From Flavobacteriales bacterium (GTDB lineage Bacteria; Bacteroidota; Bacteroidia; Flavobacteriales_D; Sanyastnellaceae), in assembly GCA_029238785.1 (NCBI GenBank), contig JAQWFN010000007.1, positions 3,497 to 67,496 on the forward strand: DNA of 64,000 nucleotides, read 5' to 3'. The translations under genes and the position numbers were made by a program. The stretch's first letter is position 1; each line of letters begins with the position of its first letter. The notes beneath the pieces are model-generated. The model ran no database searches, was not told the DNA's origin, and worked only from the letters and a program-made list of their open reading frames with translations. Below are positions 18,143 through 27,194 of this stretch, piece after piece.

Positions 18143-19891
18143 ATGAAAGTCCTTAGGAACACACTCAGTATCCTGACATTGGTTGGAAGTGTACTTTTAC
18201 TCGCATCATGCGGGTCAGAGCGCTCTGGAGCCACAGGTTGGGCCTACAACGACCCCTCTAACGGTGGATTTGAAAAAGCTCCCTTCGTAGAACAAGAAAC
18301 AGGCCCCGGCTTGGTACTTATTGAAGGTGGAACGTTTACCATGGGTAGAGTTGAAGACGATGTTACATTCGGTTGGGATAATATTCCACGCCGTGTAACT
18401 GTTTCTTCTTTTTATATGGATGAAACAGAGGTAACCAATTTCTATTGGTTAGAATACCTCCACTGGTTGCAACGCATCTACGGTGATAGCTATCCAGAAA
18501 TCGTTAATAAAGCACTTCCAGACACACTCGTATGGCGTGAGAAAATGGAGTACAACGAACCTTACGTTGAGTACTACCTTCGTCACCCAGCCTACCGCGA
18601 CTATCCTGTTGTGGGGGTTAACTGGTTGCAAGCAAATGATTTTTGTGCTTGGAGAACAGACCGTGTAAACGAGTTAATTTTGATCCGTGAAGGACTTCTT
18701 GTTCACAACCCAGAAGCTCAAGTTGATGAAGAGCACTTTACTACTGATGCCTACTTTGGTGGTCAATACGAAGGTGAAAAAGATGCTGATGGTGTGGTTG
18801 ATTTACGCCCAGGATCGAGCGGATATCGAAACGTGAGAATGGAAGACGGTATTCTTCTACCACGTTACCGCCTGCCAACTGAAGCTGAATGGGAATTCGC
18901 TGCACTTGGACTTATCGGAAACTCTTACCAAGAGTTGATCTCAGACAGAAGAACTTATCCTTGGAATGGTCACTATGTTCGTAATGACAATAGTGGTGGA
19001 CGATTCTACGGACAAATGAACGCCAACTTCGTTCGTGGACGAGGTGACCTTATGGGTGTTGCTGGAGCATTGAATGATGCGGGAGATATTACAACTCCTG
19101 TTTATAGCTATGCACCAAATGACTACGGTCTCTATAACATGGCAGGAAACGTTTCTGAATGGGTCATGGATGTTTATCGTCCGCTTTCTCCACAAGACAA
19201 AGGAGAGTTTAGACCCTTCCGTGGTAACGTTTTCCAAACTAAAGTATTGAACAGTGAAGGTGGTTTAGAAGATAAATACGACTATGTTGTTTACGACATC
19301 GAAGGAGTTGAGTATTTCTTGAAAGAATATCAGAAACGTTCTCAAGGTCGTTTAACAGACACCGATCAGAACTTGATTGACAACCTTTTAACGTATACCA
19401 CTCAGGCTAAGGAAGACTTGAAAAACAGATTACATGCAGAGGCAAACCAACGTATTCAAGACGGCATGGACCTTATTGCTAGTTCTGATTCACAAGTTGC
19501 ACCAGACCTTCGTGATGGAATTGCAGATTACATTGAATCAACTCCTGGAGACATGAGACAACGCGATGTAACTGTTGCAGAAAACATCGATAGAAGAAAC
19601 TACCGTGAAGCAGATAACATCGACTTTGGAGACGGTGACTTGAACTCTTCTATCTATTTCGAAGACCCTTCTTACGAAGGAAACGAAAACAGAATGTACG
19701 ATTGGGGTAAAACAACCTTGGTGAACGATAGAGCACGAGTTTACAAAGGCGGTTCTTGGAGAGACAGAGCTTACTGGGTTATTCCAGGAACACGTCGCTT
19801 CCTCGATGAACGTCGCTCAACCTCTACAATTGGTTTCCGTTGTGCGATGACACGTGTTGGAAGCCCTACAGGATTTGTTGGTCAAGAATAG
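18143..19891 (+). CDS. gldJ: Gliding motility lipoprotein GldJ (FGE-sulfatase/SUMF1 fold)
   Basis: 582 aa with lipobox LLASCGS and the motifs GPGLVLIEGGTFTMGR and YKGGSWRDRAYW. It is followed by murF, as I recall for Flavobacterium johnsoniae. Confidence 0.9.
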   Translation: MKVLRNTLSILTLVGSVLLLASCGSERSGATGWAYNDPSNGGFEKAPFVEQETGPGLVLIEGGTFTMGRVEDDVTFGWDNIPRRVTVSSFYMDETEVTNFYWLEYLHWLQRIYGDSYPEIVNKALPDTLVWREKMEYNEPYVEYYLRHPAYRDYPVVGVNWLQANDFCAWRTDRVNELILIREGLLVHNPEAQVDEEHFTTDAYFGGQYEGEKDADGVVDLRPGSSGYRNVRMEDGILLPRYRLPTEAEWEFAALGLIGNSYQELISDRRTYPWNGHYVRNDNSGGRFYGQMNANFVRGRGDLMGVAGALNDAGDITTPVYSYAPNDYGLYNMAGNVSEWVMDVYRPLSPQDKGEFRPFRGNVFQTKVLNSEGGLEDKYDYVVYDIEGVEYFLKEYQKRSQGRLTDTDQNLIDNLLTYTTQAKEDLKNRLHAEANQRIQDGMDLIASSDSQVAPDLRDGIADYIESTPGDMRQRDVTVAENIDRRNYREADNIDFGDGDLNSSIYFEDPSYEGNENRMYDWGKTTLVNDRARVYKGGSWRDRAYWVIPGTRRFLDERRSTSTIGFRCAMTRVGSPTGFVGQE

Positions 19892-19923
19892 GCCTTAAAA
19901 CTTCTTACAGAATATTTGATAAA

Positions 19924-19957
19924 CCCTGACGCCAAGCGTTGGGGTTTACTATTTTTG
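19924..19957 (+). terminator. Possible terminator or attenuator between gldJ and murF
   Basis: CCCTGACGC-CAA-GCGTTGGGG forms 9 bp including two G-U pairs and is followed by TTTACTATTTTT. It ends 5 nt before the murF start. Confidence 0.4.
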
Positions 19958-19961
19958 GTAC

Positions 19962-21239
19962 ATGACGATGCAAGACATTTACAAGCGGTTTTTAAGTTCC
20001 ACTGGAATTTGTACCGATACCAGAAAAATTGAAGAGGGGAACTTCTTTGTTGCCTTAAGCGGCGCTAACTTCGATGGCAATAGCTTTGTTGAAGAAGCTC
20101 TTGCAAAAGGTGCTGCGTATGTTCTTTGCAGGAAAGGAATTGAGATTACGGATAAGCGGATCATTACGGTAGACGACACTTTGCTGAGTCTTCAAAATTT
20201 AGCGAAACATCACCGTAAACAGTTCCAATTCCCCCTCATTGGAATAACAGGAAGCAACGGAAAAACTACAAGTAAAGAACTCATTAGAGATGTGCTTGCA
20301 AGCGAGCTTCAAGTGGCTGCTACCCAAGGGAATTTTAACAACCATATTGGTGTACCTCTCACGCTACTCTCTTTTCCCCTTAACCTCGACGTGGGAATTA
20401 TTGAAATGGGTGCCAACCATCAAGGTGAAATAGGCATGCTCTGCCAAATCGCCCAACCGGATTATGGCTACATTACTAATATTGGGAAAGCTCACTTAGA
20501 AGGCTTTGGTGGTCTTGATGGAGTTCGAAAAGGAAAAAAAGAACTCTTCGATTTTCTTGCCGAAAATGGAGGAACAGCATTTGTACCCACCATCGATCCG
20601 GTGCTTGTTGAATGCGCCGAAGACATTGAGCACATTATTCGCTTTGGGAAGCTTCTTCCTCCAAGAATTGTGAACATCGCGAAGCAAAAAGATCTTCAAC
20701 TTGAAATTGAAACAAGCACTGGAGTGCATGAATTTACCACCCAACTGGAAGGTGAATACAATAAGAACAACATTCTAATTGCCATAGCTATTGGGATGCA
20801 CTTTGAAATTGATGTGGAGAACATCAAGAAAGCCATTGCTTCATATACGCCTGAAAATAATCGCTCTCAGTGGTATATCAGCCCCCGTAATAAAGTTATT
20901 ATGGACGCTTACAATGCCAACCCCAGTAGCATGGCTTTTGCTCTTGAAAACCTGAAGCAATATGGAAAAGAAGGCTTGGCGATTCTCGGCGATATGTTTG
21001 AAATGGGCGATTACAGTTTGAGAGAGCACCAAGCCTTAGTGAATTATATCCGCGAACACGATCTCGACTGCATTTTAATTGGAAAGCACTTTGGCGAAAC
21101 CCACCACAACGGTCTGAAGCACTATAGTACAACTGAGGAAGCTCGGAAGCATTTACAGTTGAACCCACCTACCGAGCGGATTATACTGCTTAAAGGTTCT
21201 CGTGGAATTGCACTTGAAACATTGAAAGACCTGCTTTAA
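19962..21239 (+). CDS. murF: UDP-N-acetylmuramoyl-tripeptide--D-alanyl-D-alanine ligase
   Basis: 425 aa with the Mur ligase P-loop [10 protein letters not shown] and a DAYNANP motif. Confidence 0.9.
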   Translation: MTMQDIYKRFLSSTGICTDTRKIEEGNFFVALSGANFDGNSFVEEALAKGAAYVLCRKGIEITDKRIITVDDTLLSLQNLAKHHRKQFQFPLIGITGSNGKTTSKELIRDVLASELQVAATQGNFNNHIGVPLTLLSFPLNLDVGIIEMGANHQGEIGMLCQIAQPDYGYITNIGKAHLEGFGGLDGVRKGKKELFDFLAENGGTAFVPTIDPVLVECAEDIEHIIRFGKLLPPRIVNIAKQKDLQLEIETSTGVHEFTTQLEGEYNKNNILIAIAIGMHFEIDVENIKKAIASYTPENNRSQWYISPRNKVIMDAYNANPSSMAFALENLKQYGKEGLAILGDMFEMGDYSLREHQALVNYIREHDLDCILIGKHFGETHHNGLKHYSTTEEARKHLQLNPPTERIILLKGSRGIALETLKDLL

Positions 21240-21276
21240 GCTGAGTGAAATATTATCTTTACCGAAAAATTACAAA

Positions 21277-22554
21277 ATGAACTTTTTAGAAGAGCTGCGC
21301 TGGAGAGGAATGCTGCATGATGTCATGCCAGGTACGGAAGAACAACTTCAAAAAGAAATGACCTTGGGCTATGTTGGTTTTGACCCTACTGCCGACTCAC
21401 TTCACATTGGGAATTTAGTACCTATCATGCTCTTGATGCACTTCCAACGCGCGGGCCACAAGCCCATTGCCCTTGTTGGAGGAGCAACAGGTATGGTTGG
21501 CGACCCAAGTGGAAAAAGTAACGAGCGAAACATGCTCGACCTAGATGCCCTTAACCACAACTTAAGTTGTCAAAAAAAGCAACTGGAACGCTTTCTCGAT
21601 TTCGATTGTGGCGAAAACTCTGCTGAAATAGTCAATAATTACGATTGGTTCAAAGACATCTCTTTTCTTGACTTTATTCGCGATGTAGGAAAACACATTA
21701 CAGTGAACTACATGATGGCAAAGGATTCCGTAAAAAAACGACTTGAAGGGAATGGCATGAGTTTTACCGAGTTCTCTTACCAGCTTGTTCAGGGATACGA
21801 CTTTTACCATCTTTGGAAAGAACGCAACTGTTTGATACAGTTTGGCGGTTCAGACCAATGGGGCAACATTGTTACTGGTACAGAGCTGATTCGTAAGAAA
21901 GGAGCTGGTCAAGCTTTTGCATGCACCGCCACCCTAATTACCAAAGCAGACGGATCTAAATTTGGAAAGAGTGAAGGAGGAAATGTTTGGATCGATGCCA
22001 AAAAGACCTCTCCTTACAAGTTTTACCAATACTGGTTAAATGCTAGCGACGAAGATGCTGTGAAGTACATTCGCATTTTCACTCTAAAAGATCAGGCCAC
22101 CATTCAAGCGATTGAAGCCGAGCACAATGAAGCTCCCAATCTGCGTGTCTTGCAAAAAGCACTTGCTGAGGATATCACGCTACGGGTTCATGGTGAGGAA
22201 GCCTTAGAAATGGCTTTGCGGGCATCAAACATACTATTTGGAAAATCAACTTCAGAGGACTTGAAGCTGATAGGCGAAGACGACTTCCTCAGCATCTTTG
22301 AAGGTGTGCCTCAAGCAGAAATAAGTCGCGATCTCCTCTCTAGTGGATTAGGCATTATTGATGCATTGAGCGCTGAAAGTGGATTCTTGAGTAGCAACGG
22401 TGAAGCTAGAAGAGCTTTAAAAGAAAACTCAATTAGCGTGAATAAAACCAAGGTCAGCGACACTTATGTTCTTAGTGGGGATGATTTACTTTCTAATCGT
22501 TATATCCTTTTACAAAGAGGCAAAAAATCATACTGCATATTGAAATTGGTTTAA
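21277..22554 (+). CDS. tyrS: Tyrosine--tRNA ligase
   Basis: HIGN (SLHIGNLVP) and KFGKS class I signatures are present, with a C-terminal S4-like domain. Confidence 0.95.
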   Translation: MNFLEELRWRGMLHDVMPGTEEQLQKEMTLGYVGFDPTADSLHIGNLVPIMLLMHFQRAGHKPIALVGGATGMVGDPSGKSNERNMLDLDALNHNLSCQKKQLERFLDFDCGENSAEIVNNYDWFKDISFLDFIRDVGKHITVNYMMAKDSVKKRLEGNGMSFTEFSYQLVQGYDFYHLWKERNCLIQFGGSDQWGNIVTGTELIRKKGAGQAFACTATLITKADGSKFGKSEGGNVWIDAKKTSPYKFYQYWLNASDEDAVKYIRIFTLKDQATIQAIEAEHNEAPNLRVLQKALAEDITLRVHGEEALEMALRASNILFGKSTSEDLKLIGEDDFLSIFEGVPQAEISRDLLSSGLGIIDALSAESGFLSSNGEARRALKENSISVNKTKVSDTYVLSGDDLLSNRYILLQRGKKSYCILKLV

Positions 22555-22576
22555 TTCCAAGGCCAAAATCAAGCAT

Positions 22577-22608
22577 AAAAAAAAGTCCTGACGCTTCAGG
22601 ACTTTTTT
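22577..22608. terminator. Bidirectional-looking terminator after tyrS
   Basis: An A8 run precedes the stem GTCCTGA (22585-22591), which pairs with TCAGGAC (22596-22602) and is followed by a T6 run. Confidence 0.7.
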
Positions 22609-22874
22609 CATTTGTTTAGGAAATCACAAATGTTGGCTGGTTGTAGTTAAGAGACCAACCAAGTATATTAAAGAGCTTTGCCCCTAATTTTGCTTCTCTA
22701 GGGCTCGCCTTTGTTGATACATTAAGCGCTTTGATTTCGCACGCCTCCGTAGGAGACATCAATGCGCACAACAATAAGACGAGAAGCAATTGCAAAGGGT
22801 TGCTGCGCTGAGGTACTTTTTTTTTCTTAGAAACTACTATCTGAAAAGCCTCACATTCCCAAGTGCTGAATATC

Positions 22875-23873
22875 CTATTCAGAGGCGACCATTAGATTAC
22901 ATCCCCTTACCTCAGCGTGATCAAAACGGCCCAGCACTTCGAATCCCCCATGAGGGTTCATTCTGCCTAAATCGGAAGTCTCAATAAATGCACAAGACTC
23001 TGTGTTCGCCAGATCGATGATGTTAAGCCCTCCAGTTTTTCCATCACCTACATAAGAAAAAGGATCAGAAGTAGCGCGCACCAGGGCTTTCATCCAAGGA
23101 GGGCAATGAAACACCCCACCGGCTTTGCTGTAGGCTTGAGAGAGCAATTCCGTCATGCCGTATTCACTATGAATATTGGGCAGATTGAAGGCCCCTTTCA
23201 AGTGTTTATGCACCTCTTCTCGAACCATTTCCTTTCTCCTGCCTTTCATCCCTCCTGTTTCCATGATGACAAGATCTGCAAGTGAACAATCTACAAACCT
23301 GTTTTCGGCAAAATCAAGGAGTCCGAAGGTCACCCCTAACAAAACAATTTTTTGTTTTTCTTCAATGGCTTGGTGAATGTGAAGCTCAAGTTGCTCAAGG
23401 TTATTTAAAAAAAAACCGCTTAAAGGATGATTGTGCTGTTCTATGAGTCCTTTTGACATGAGCACTAATGAAGAACCTTTACGCTCTAAATACGCAGGCA
23501 AAAGACATAAAAAAACAGCATCGTCATAATCTGGGTAAAAGTGATTAAATGCCTTTTTATAGACCTCCTCGTACCATTCCAAGCTATTTACATGATGCTT
23601 GCTTGGCTCTCCTCCTCCAGTTGTGCTGCTTGTAAAAACATCCTCACACCTATTCGAGCTGGTTTTTACTTCATGTGATTTAAAAAGTTCAATGGGTAGG
23701 AAAGGAATCTTCTCAATTGTATCAATCTCAGAAAGGTCACGACCCAACAGTTTGATGTACTTGTTGTAAACCGGATTATTCACGGCTTGATAATGAAAGA
23801 GCTCCAAAGCAATTTCATTGAACTCGCGATCGTTATTTATTTGAAATATTTGTGCTTGCTTCGCGAAGGACAT
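22875..23873 (-). CDS. LuxE-like acyl-protein synthetase / acyl transferase family protein
   Basis: 332 aa. The N-terminus FNEIALELFHYQAVNNPVYNKYIKLLG...IPFLPIELFK resembles the conserved Flavobacteriia family usually annotated as acyl transferase (LuxE-like adenylating fold). This rests on recognition only. Confidence 0.65.
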   Translation of the reverse strand: MSFAKQAQIFQINNDREFNEIALELFHYQAVNNPVYNKYIKLLGRDLSEIDTIEKIPFLPIELFKSHEVKTSSNRCEDVFTSSTTGGGEPSKHHVNSLEWYEEVYKKAFNHFYPDYDDAVFLCLLPAYLERKGSSLVLMSKGLIEQHNHPLSGFFLNNLEQLELHIHQAIEEKQKIVLLGVTFGLLDFAENRFVDCSLADLVIMETGGMKGRRKEMVREEVHKHLKGAFNLPNIHSEYGMTELLSQAYSKAGGVFHCPPWMKALVRATSDPFSYVGDGKTGGLNIIDLANTESCAFIETSDLGRMNPHGGFEVLGRFDHAEVRGCNLMVASE

Positions 23874-23921
23874 CTTGAACTTTAGGTCAAAATTATGGGT
23901 TAATTGTTAGATTTGATTGTC

Positions 23922-24419
23922 ATGAGAAAAATTCTATTCCTCTTTTTACTTGTTTCCTCACTTAGCGCATGCTTACCGGAGGCTCAATACCCGCCAGAAC
24001 CAGTGATTTCATTCAAGTCACTTGTACCGAATGGCAATCAAGCTGTGATGCGAATAGACTTCACAGATGGCGATGGAAATATTGGCTTAAATCAAGGCGA
24101 CACCTTAGGTATTAATTGTCCTGACACTTGTCGTTATTACTACAACCTATTTTGTGAGTACTACGAACTCCAGAATGGCGAGTGGGTGAACATTGTTTTA
24201 GATCCTGAGATTGGCCAAATACCCTTTTATTACCGATTGCCTTACGCCACGCCAGAAGGTCAAAATCCAGCTTTGAATGGCGAGATAAAAATAGATATGC
24301 CGAGCTACTATCTTCTTGGAACTGGTTTTGACACCTGTAGATTCGAAATACAGCTGGTTGATCGAGCTTTGAACGAAAGCAACATTGTGCAATCGAACAT
24401 CTTCATAAAGCCCAATTAA
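23922..24419 (+). CDS. Hypothetical Cys-rich lipoprotein
   Basis: The ATG at 23922 gives MRKILFLFLLVSSLSAC, a lipobox. The protein has a DGDGNIG motif and five further cysteines. I recognise no family. Confidence 0.55.
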   Translation: MRKILFLFLLVSSLSACLPEAQYPPEPVISFKSLVPNGNQAVMRIDFTDGDGNIGLNQGDTLGINCPDTCRYYYNLFCEYYELQNGEWVNIVLDPEIGQIPFYYRLPYATPEGQNPALNGEIKIDMPSYYLLGTGFDTCRFEIQLVDRALNESNIVQSNIFIKPN

Positions 24420-26119
24420 ATTCGGCCAATGATTCCTTCGCTCACGGCAAAGATGTGATCTCCAATTTTTTCAAGTGCAATGAACACATCATTATAGACC
24501 ATTCCAGAAGGAACGCTGTACTTGCTCTTCTCGACGTCCTTAAGGTGTCGGCTTCTCAGTTCGTTTCTGAACATGTTGATTTTGTCTTCAGCAGCTTCGG
24601 CCTCGGCTATATTTACTTGGCTACTCGGCGTGTCTAAGTTTTTCAGCATCACCTCTAGGGCTTCTTCAACAAAACCGAACATTTCCTTTAAGCTCTCTCT
24701 TTGTCTTGGAACGAAATAAACCTTCTTATTGTTTTTGTTTTCAAGGTTCATGGTGATTTGGTAATAGAGGTCGCCAATCTTCTCCAAATCATCTGTAATA
24801 CTTAACAAGCCTCTTACACGCGCACTTGTGCTTGGAGACATCTCTTCTTTTGAGAGTTCAGTGAGGTAGTTTGCGATTTCGATTTCAAAGTTATCTGTAA
24901 TCTCCTCATACTTACCCACCTTTTCTACCAATTTCTGTCGTTTCTTGGGGTCGGTAGACTCAAGTAATCGGTTAACTAAACCATTCATTCGAGCGGCAAT
25001 TTGACCAAATTTCGATACTTCTTTATAGGCTTCGAGAAGTGAAAGTTCTGGTGTACCCATAACACCTCCTCCAATGTACTCCAAGCTAAACTCATCATCC
25101 TCTCCTCCTTTGGATGGGACGAGTTTGATCACCGTTTTAGCAATAAAATCAACAAACCAAACTAGTAATAGTGTGTTAATGATATTGAATGAGGTATGAA
25201 ATAAAGAGAGCATCAATTCGCTTTCACCTTTACCTAAGTTAGGGTTGATTGAAGTTACCCAAGTTTGGAAGGGGCCGTAAATGTATTCAATCACCTCTAA
25301 GAATGGTTTGAAAACAATAATCATCCAGATCACCCCAAATACATTAAAAATCAGGTGTGCTCGTGCAGCTCGTTTTGCGTGCACGTTAGCGATCATTGCT
25401 GCAAGATTCGCGGTGATGGTTGTTCCAATGTTTTCACCCAGCACCATTGCTGCCGCGATATCTAGGGTGATGATGTCCTTGGAAAGTAGTGTAAGGGTGA
25501 GCGCCATTGCAGCGCTTGAAGATTGAACGATGAGCGTAATAAAGGTTCCAACAATAACAAAGATGATGGTTGTGCCAATACCCAAGTTGGTCCAGTTACT
25601 CAAAAAAGCAAGTGCATCTGCATTTCCTTGTAGGTCTGGCACAGAATCTTTCAAAGCTTCTAGCCCCATAAACAGAATGGCAAAACCGATGAGTACCTCG
25701 GCGATGTTCTTGAAATTCTCCCTTTTAACGAATAACATGGGGAAGGCAATGGCAATGATTGGGAGAGCGATGGCAGCAATTTTAAACTTTCCGAAAGCAA
25801 AGATGGCAATAAGCCAAGCGGTTACGGTAGTACCAATATTCGCCCCCATAATTACCCCAATGGCCTCGCGCAACTTTAAGAGCCCTGCATTTACGAAGCT
25901 CACCACCATCACAGTAGTAGCAGATGAACTCTGAATAATGGCCGTAGTTGAAAACCCCGTAAAAACGCCTTTTACGCGGTTGGAGGTCATCGCACCTAAA
26001 ATATGACGGAGTTTAGAACCGGCTACACGTTGGATACCTTCACTCATCACTTTCATTCCGAAAATAAAAAGACCCAGTGCTCCAATCAGCTTTAATACAT
26101 CAAAAAAATCGTAGTCCAT
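24416..26119 (-). CDS. Na+/phosphate cotransporter family protein with a PhoU-like C-terminal domain
   Basis: 567 aa with duplicated NaPi-II membrane repeats (GANIGTTVTAW / GENIGTTITAN) and a helical PhoU-like tail. Confidence 0.9.
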   Translation of the reverse strand: MDYDFFDVLKLIGALGLFIFGMKVMSEGIQRVAGSKLRHILGAMTSNRVKGVFTGFSTTAIIQSSSATTVMVVSFVNAGLLKLREAIGVIMGANIGTTVTAWLIAIFAFGKFKIAAIALPIIAIAFPMLFVKRENFKNIAEVLIGFAILFMGLEALKDSVPDLQGNADALAFLSNWTNLGIGTTIIFVIVGTFITLIVQSSSAAMALTLTLLSKDIITLDIAAAMVLGENIGTTITANLAAMIANVHAKRAARAHLIFNVFGVIWMIIVFKPFLEVIEYIYGPFQTWVTSINPNLGKGESELMLSLFHTSFNIINTLLLVWFVDFIAKTVIKLVPSKGGEDDEFSLEYIGGGVMGTPELSLLEAYKEVSKFGQIAARMNGLVNRLLESTDPKKRQKLVEKVGKYEEITDNFEIEIANYLTELSKEEMSPSTSARVRGLLSITDDLEKIGDLYYQITMNLENKNNKKVYFVPRQRESLKEMFGFVEEALEVMLKNLDTPSSQVNIAEAEAAEDKINMFRNELRSRHLKDVEKSKYSVPSGMVYNDVFIALEKIGDHIFAVSEGIIGRI

Positions 26120-26364
26120 TGCTAGTGTAAATATGCCGCAAAGGTAGTCGCTTGCTTAAGCTCACAGGGCCTTCGTGGTTTAATTTATTATTAACATGCG
26201 CTTAACAAACACACGACCCCAAGGCTTTCTACTCCAAAAACAAAGGCAAAACTAGCAATCCTTAACATTCCGATAACCTTAAAAAACCCTTACAAATAAA
26301 GGTTTATGGCGAATTGACGACTTGGGATTTGGAAATTGCTTAACATTTACTTAACTTTGAGGTA

Positions 26365-26826
26365 ATGTTAAGGTTACTCACTATAGGCTTTCTATTCTTT
26401 TGCTTTTCAGGACTTAAATCTCAAGATCTGATTGAAGTGAATGGTTTGGTATGTACCAGTGACTCCCTTGTGTTCACTGGAGAGAAGCTCGTTTACTTCC
26501 ACAATGGGAATTTAGCTGCTCGGTATCAGTTTGAAAACGGATTATTAAATGAGCAAGTTGTTTTTTATTTCGAAGGCGGCGGTATAAGAGAAACTGGACA
26601 TTACTTGAACAACGAAAAGCATGGCGTTTGGACTTCTTACAATCAAAAAGGAGAAGTAGCTGCCAAGGGAGAATTTAGTGAGGGTGAAAAAGATGGCCGA
26701 TGGCTCGTTTTTGATGAAAAAGGAACTTGCCGCTTGGAAGTGTTTTATGACATTGGTAAGCCAATGGGATACTGGACACTTTTTAATGAGGTTGCAGACG
26801 TTCTCGACTCTCGATATTACCCATAA
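26365..26826 (+). CDS. MORN-repeat-variant (YwqK-like) secreted protein
   Basis: 153 aa with a signal peptide and repeated G-x-W/Y-x-x-Y/F-x-x-G units (HGVWTSYNQKGE, DGRWLVFDEKG). Confidence 0.65.
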   Translation: MLRLLTIGFLFFCFSGLKSQDLIEVNGLVCTSDSLVFTGEKLVYFHNGNLAARYQFENGLLNEQVVFYFEGGGIRETGHYLNNEKHGVWTSYNQKGEVAAKGEFSEGEKDGRWLVFDEKGTCRLEVFYDIGKPMGYWTLFNEVADVLDSRYYP

Positions 26827-26852
26827 AGTCATTTGTATTTGAACAATCTAAA

Positions 26853-26884
26853 AGCGGAGTCCTTGTAGCACTCTGCTTTTTTTT
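26853..26884 (+). terminator. Rho-independent terminator after the MORN-repeat gene
   Basis: AGCGGAGT (26853-26860) pairs with ACTCTGCT (26870-26877) with one G-U pair, and is followed by a T8 run. Confidence 0.6.
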
Positions 26885-27143
26885 GCTGTCTTTTTGAGCT
26901 TTACACAACACGCAAAGCACAAGCTTCCTCTTTAAACAATTTCAAGGCCCCTTATTTTAAAAGTGCTATTGCACAGGCAAAAAGGTCTAGGCTTTAGATG
27001 AGGATATGAAATGAGTGCTTTAAAGCCTTATTTCGCACGGTGCTATTTAATGCTCGCCAAAAGGATGCGATGCAATGCAATTCGAAACTTTGCTACCTAT
27101 CTATCGAATTTGCCCCTTTTTAGACATGTCAGAATTATTTACA

Positions 27144-27170
27144 TAAAAAAAGCCCCAGCAATGCTGGGGC
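27144..27170 (-). terminator. Rho-independent terminator of the lamin-tail-domain gene
   Basis: A perfect 8-bp stem, GCCCCAGC (27152-27159) with GCTGGGGC (27163-27170), is followed by a T8 run on the minus strand. It lies about 25 nt after the stop codon. Confidence 0.7.
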
Positions 27171-27194
27171 TTTTCAAGTATTTCAAACAAAAGA

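Noticed and set aside
23407-23415. An A9 homopolymer inside the LuxE-like gene as a phase-variation switch.
   Set aside because: It encodes Phe-Phe-Leu in frame within an intact ORF. A single 9-nt run in an AT-rich genome, with no second allele to compare, is insufficient evidence.
26365-26826. The MORN-repeat (YwqK-like) gene as the antitoxin of a toxin-antitoxin pair.
   Set aside because: No adjacent toxin-like gene exists. The protein has a signal peptide and is flanked by its own promoter region and terminator. The antitoxin label for this family is annotation carry-over.
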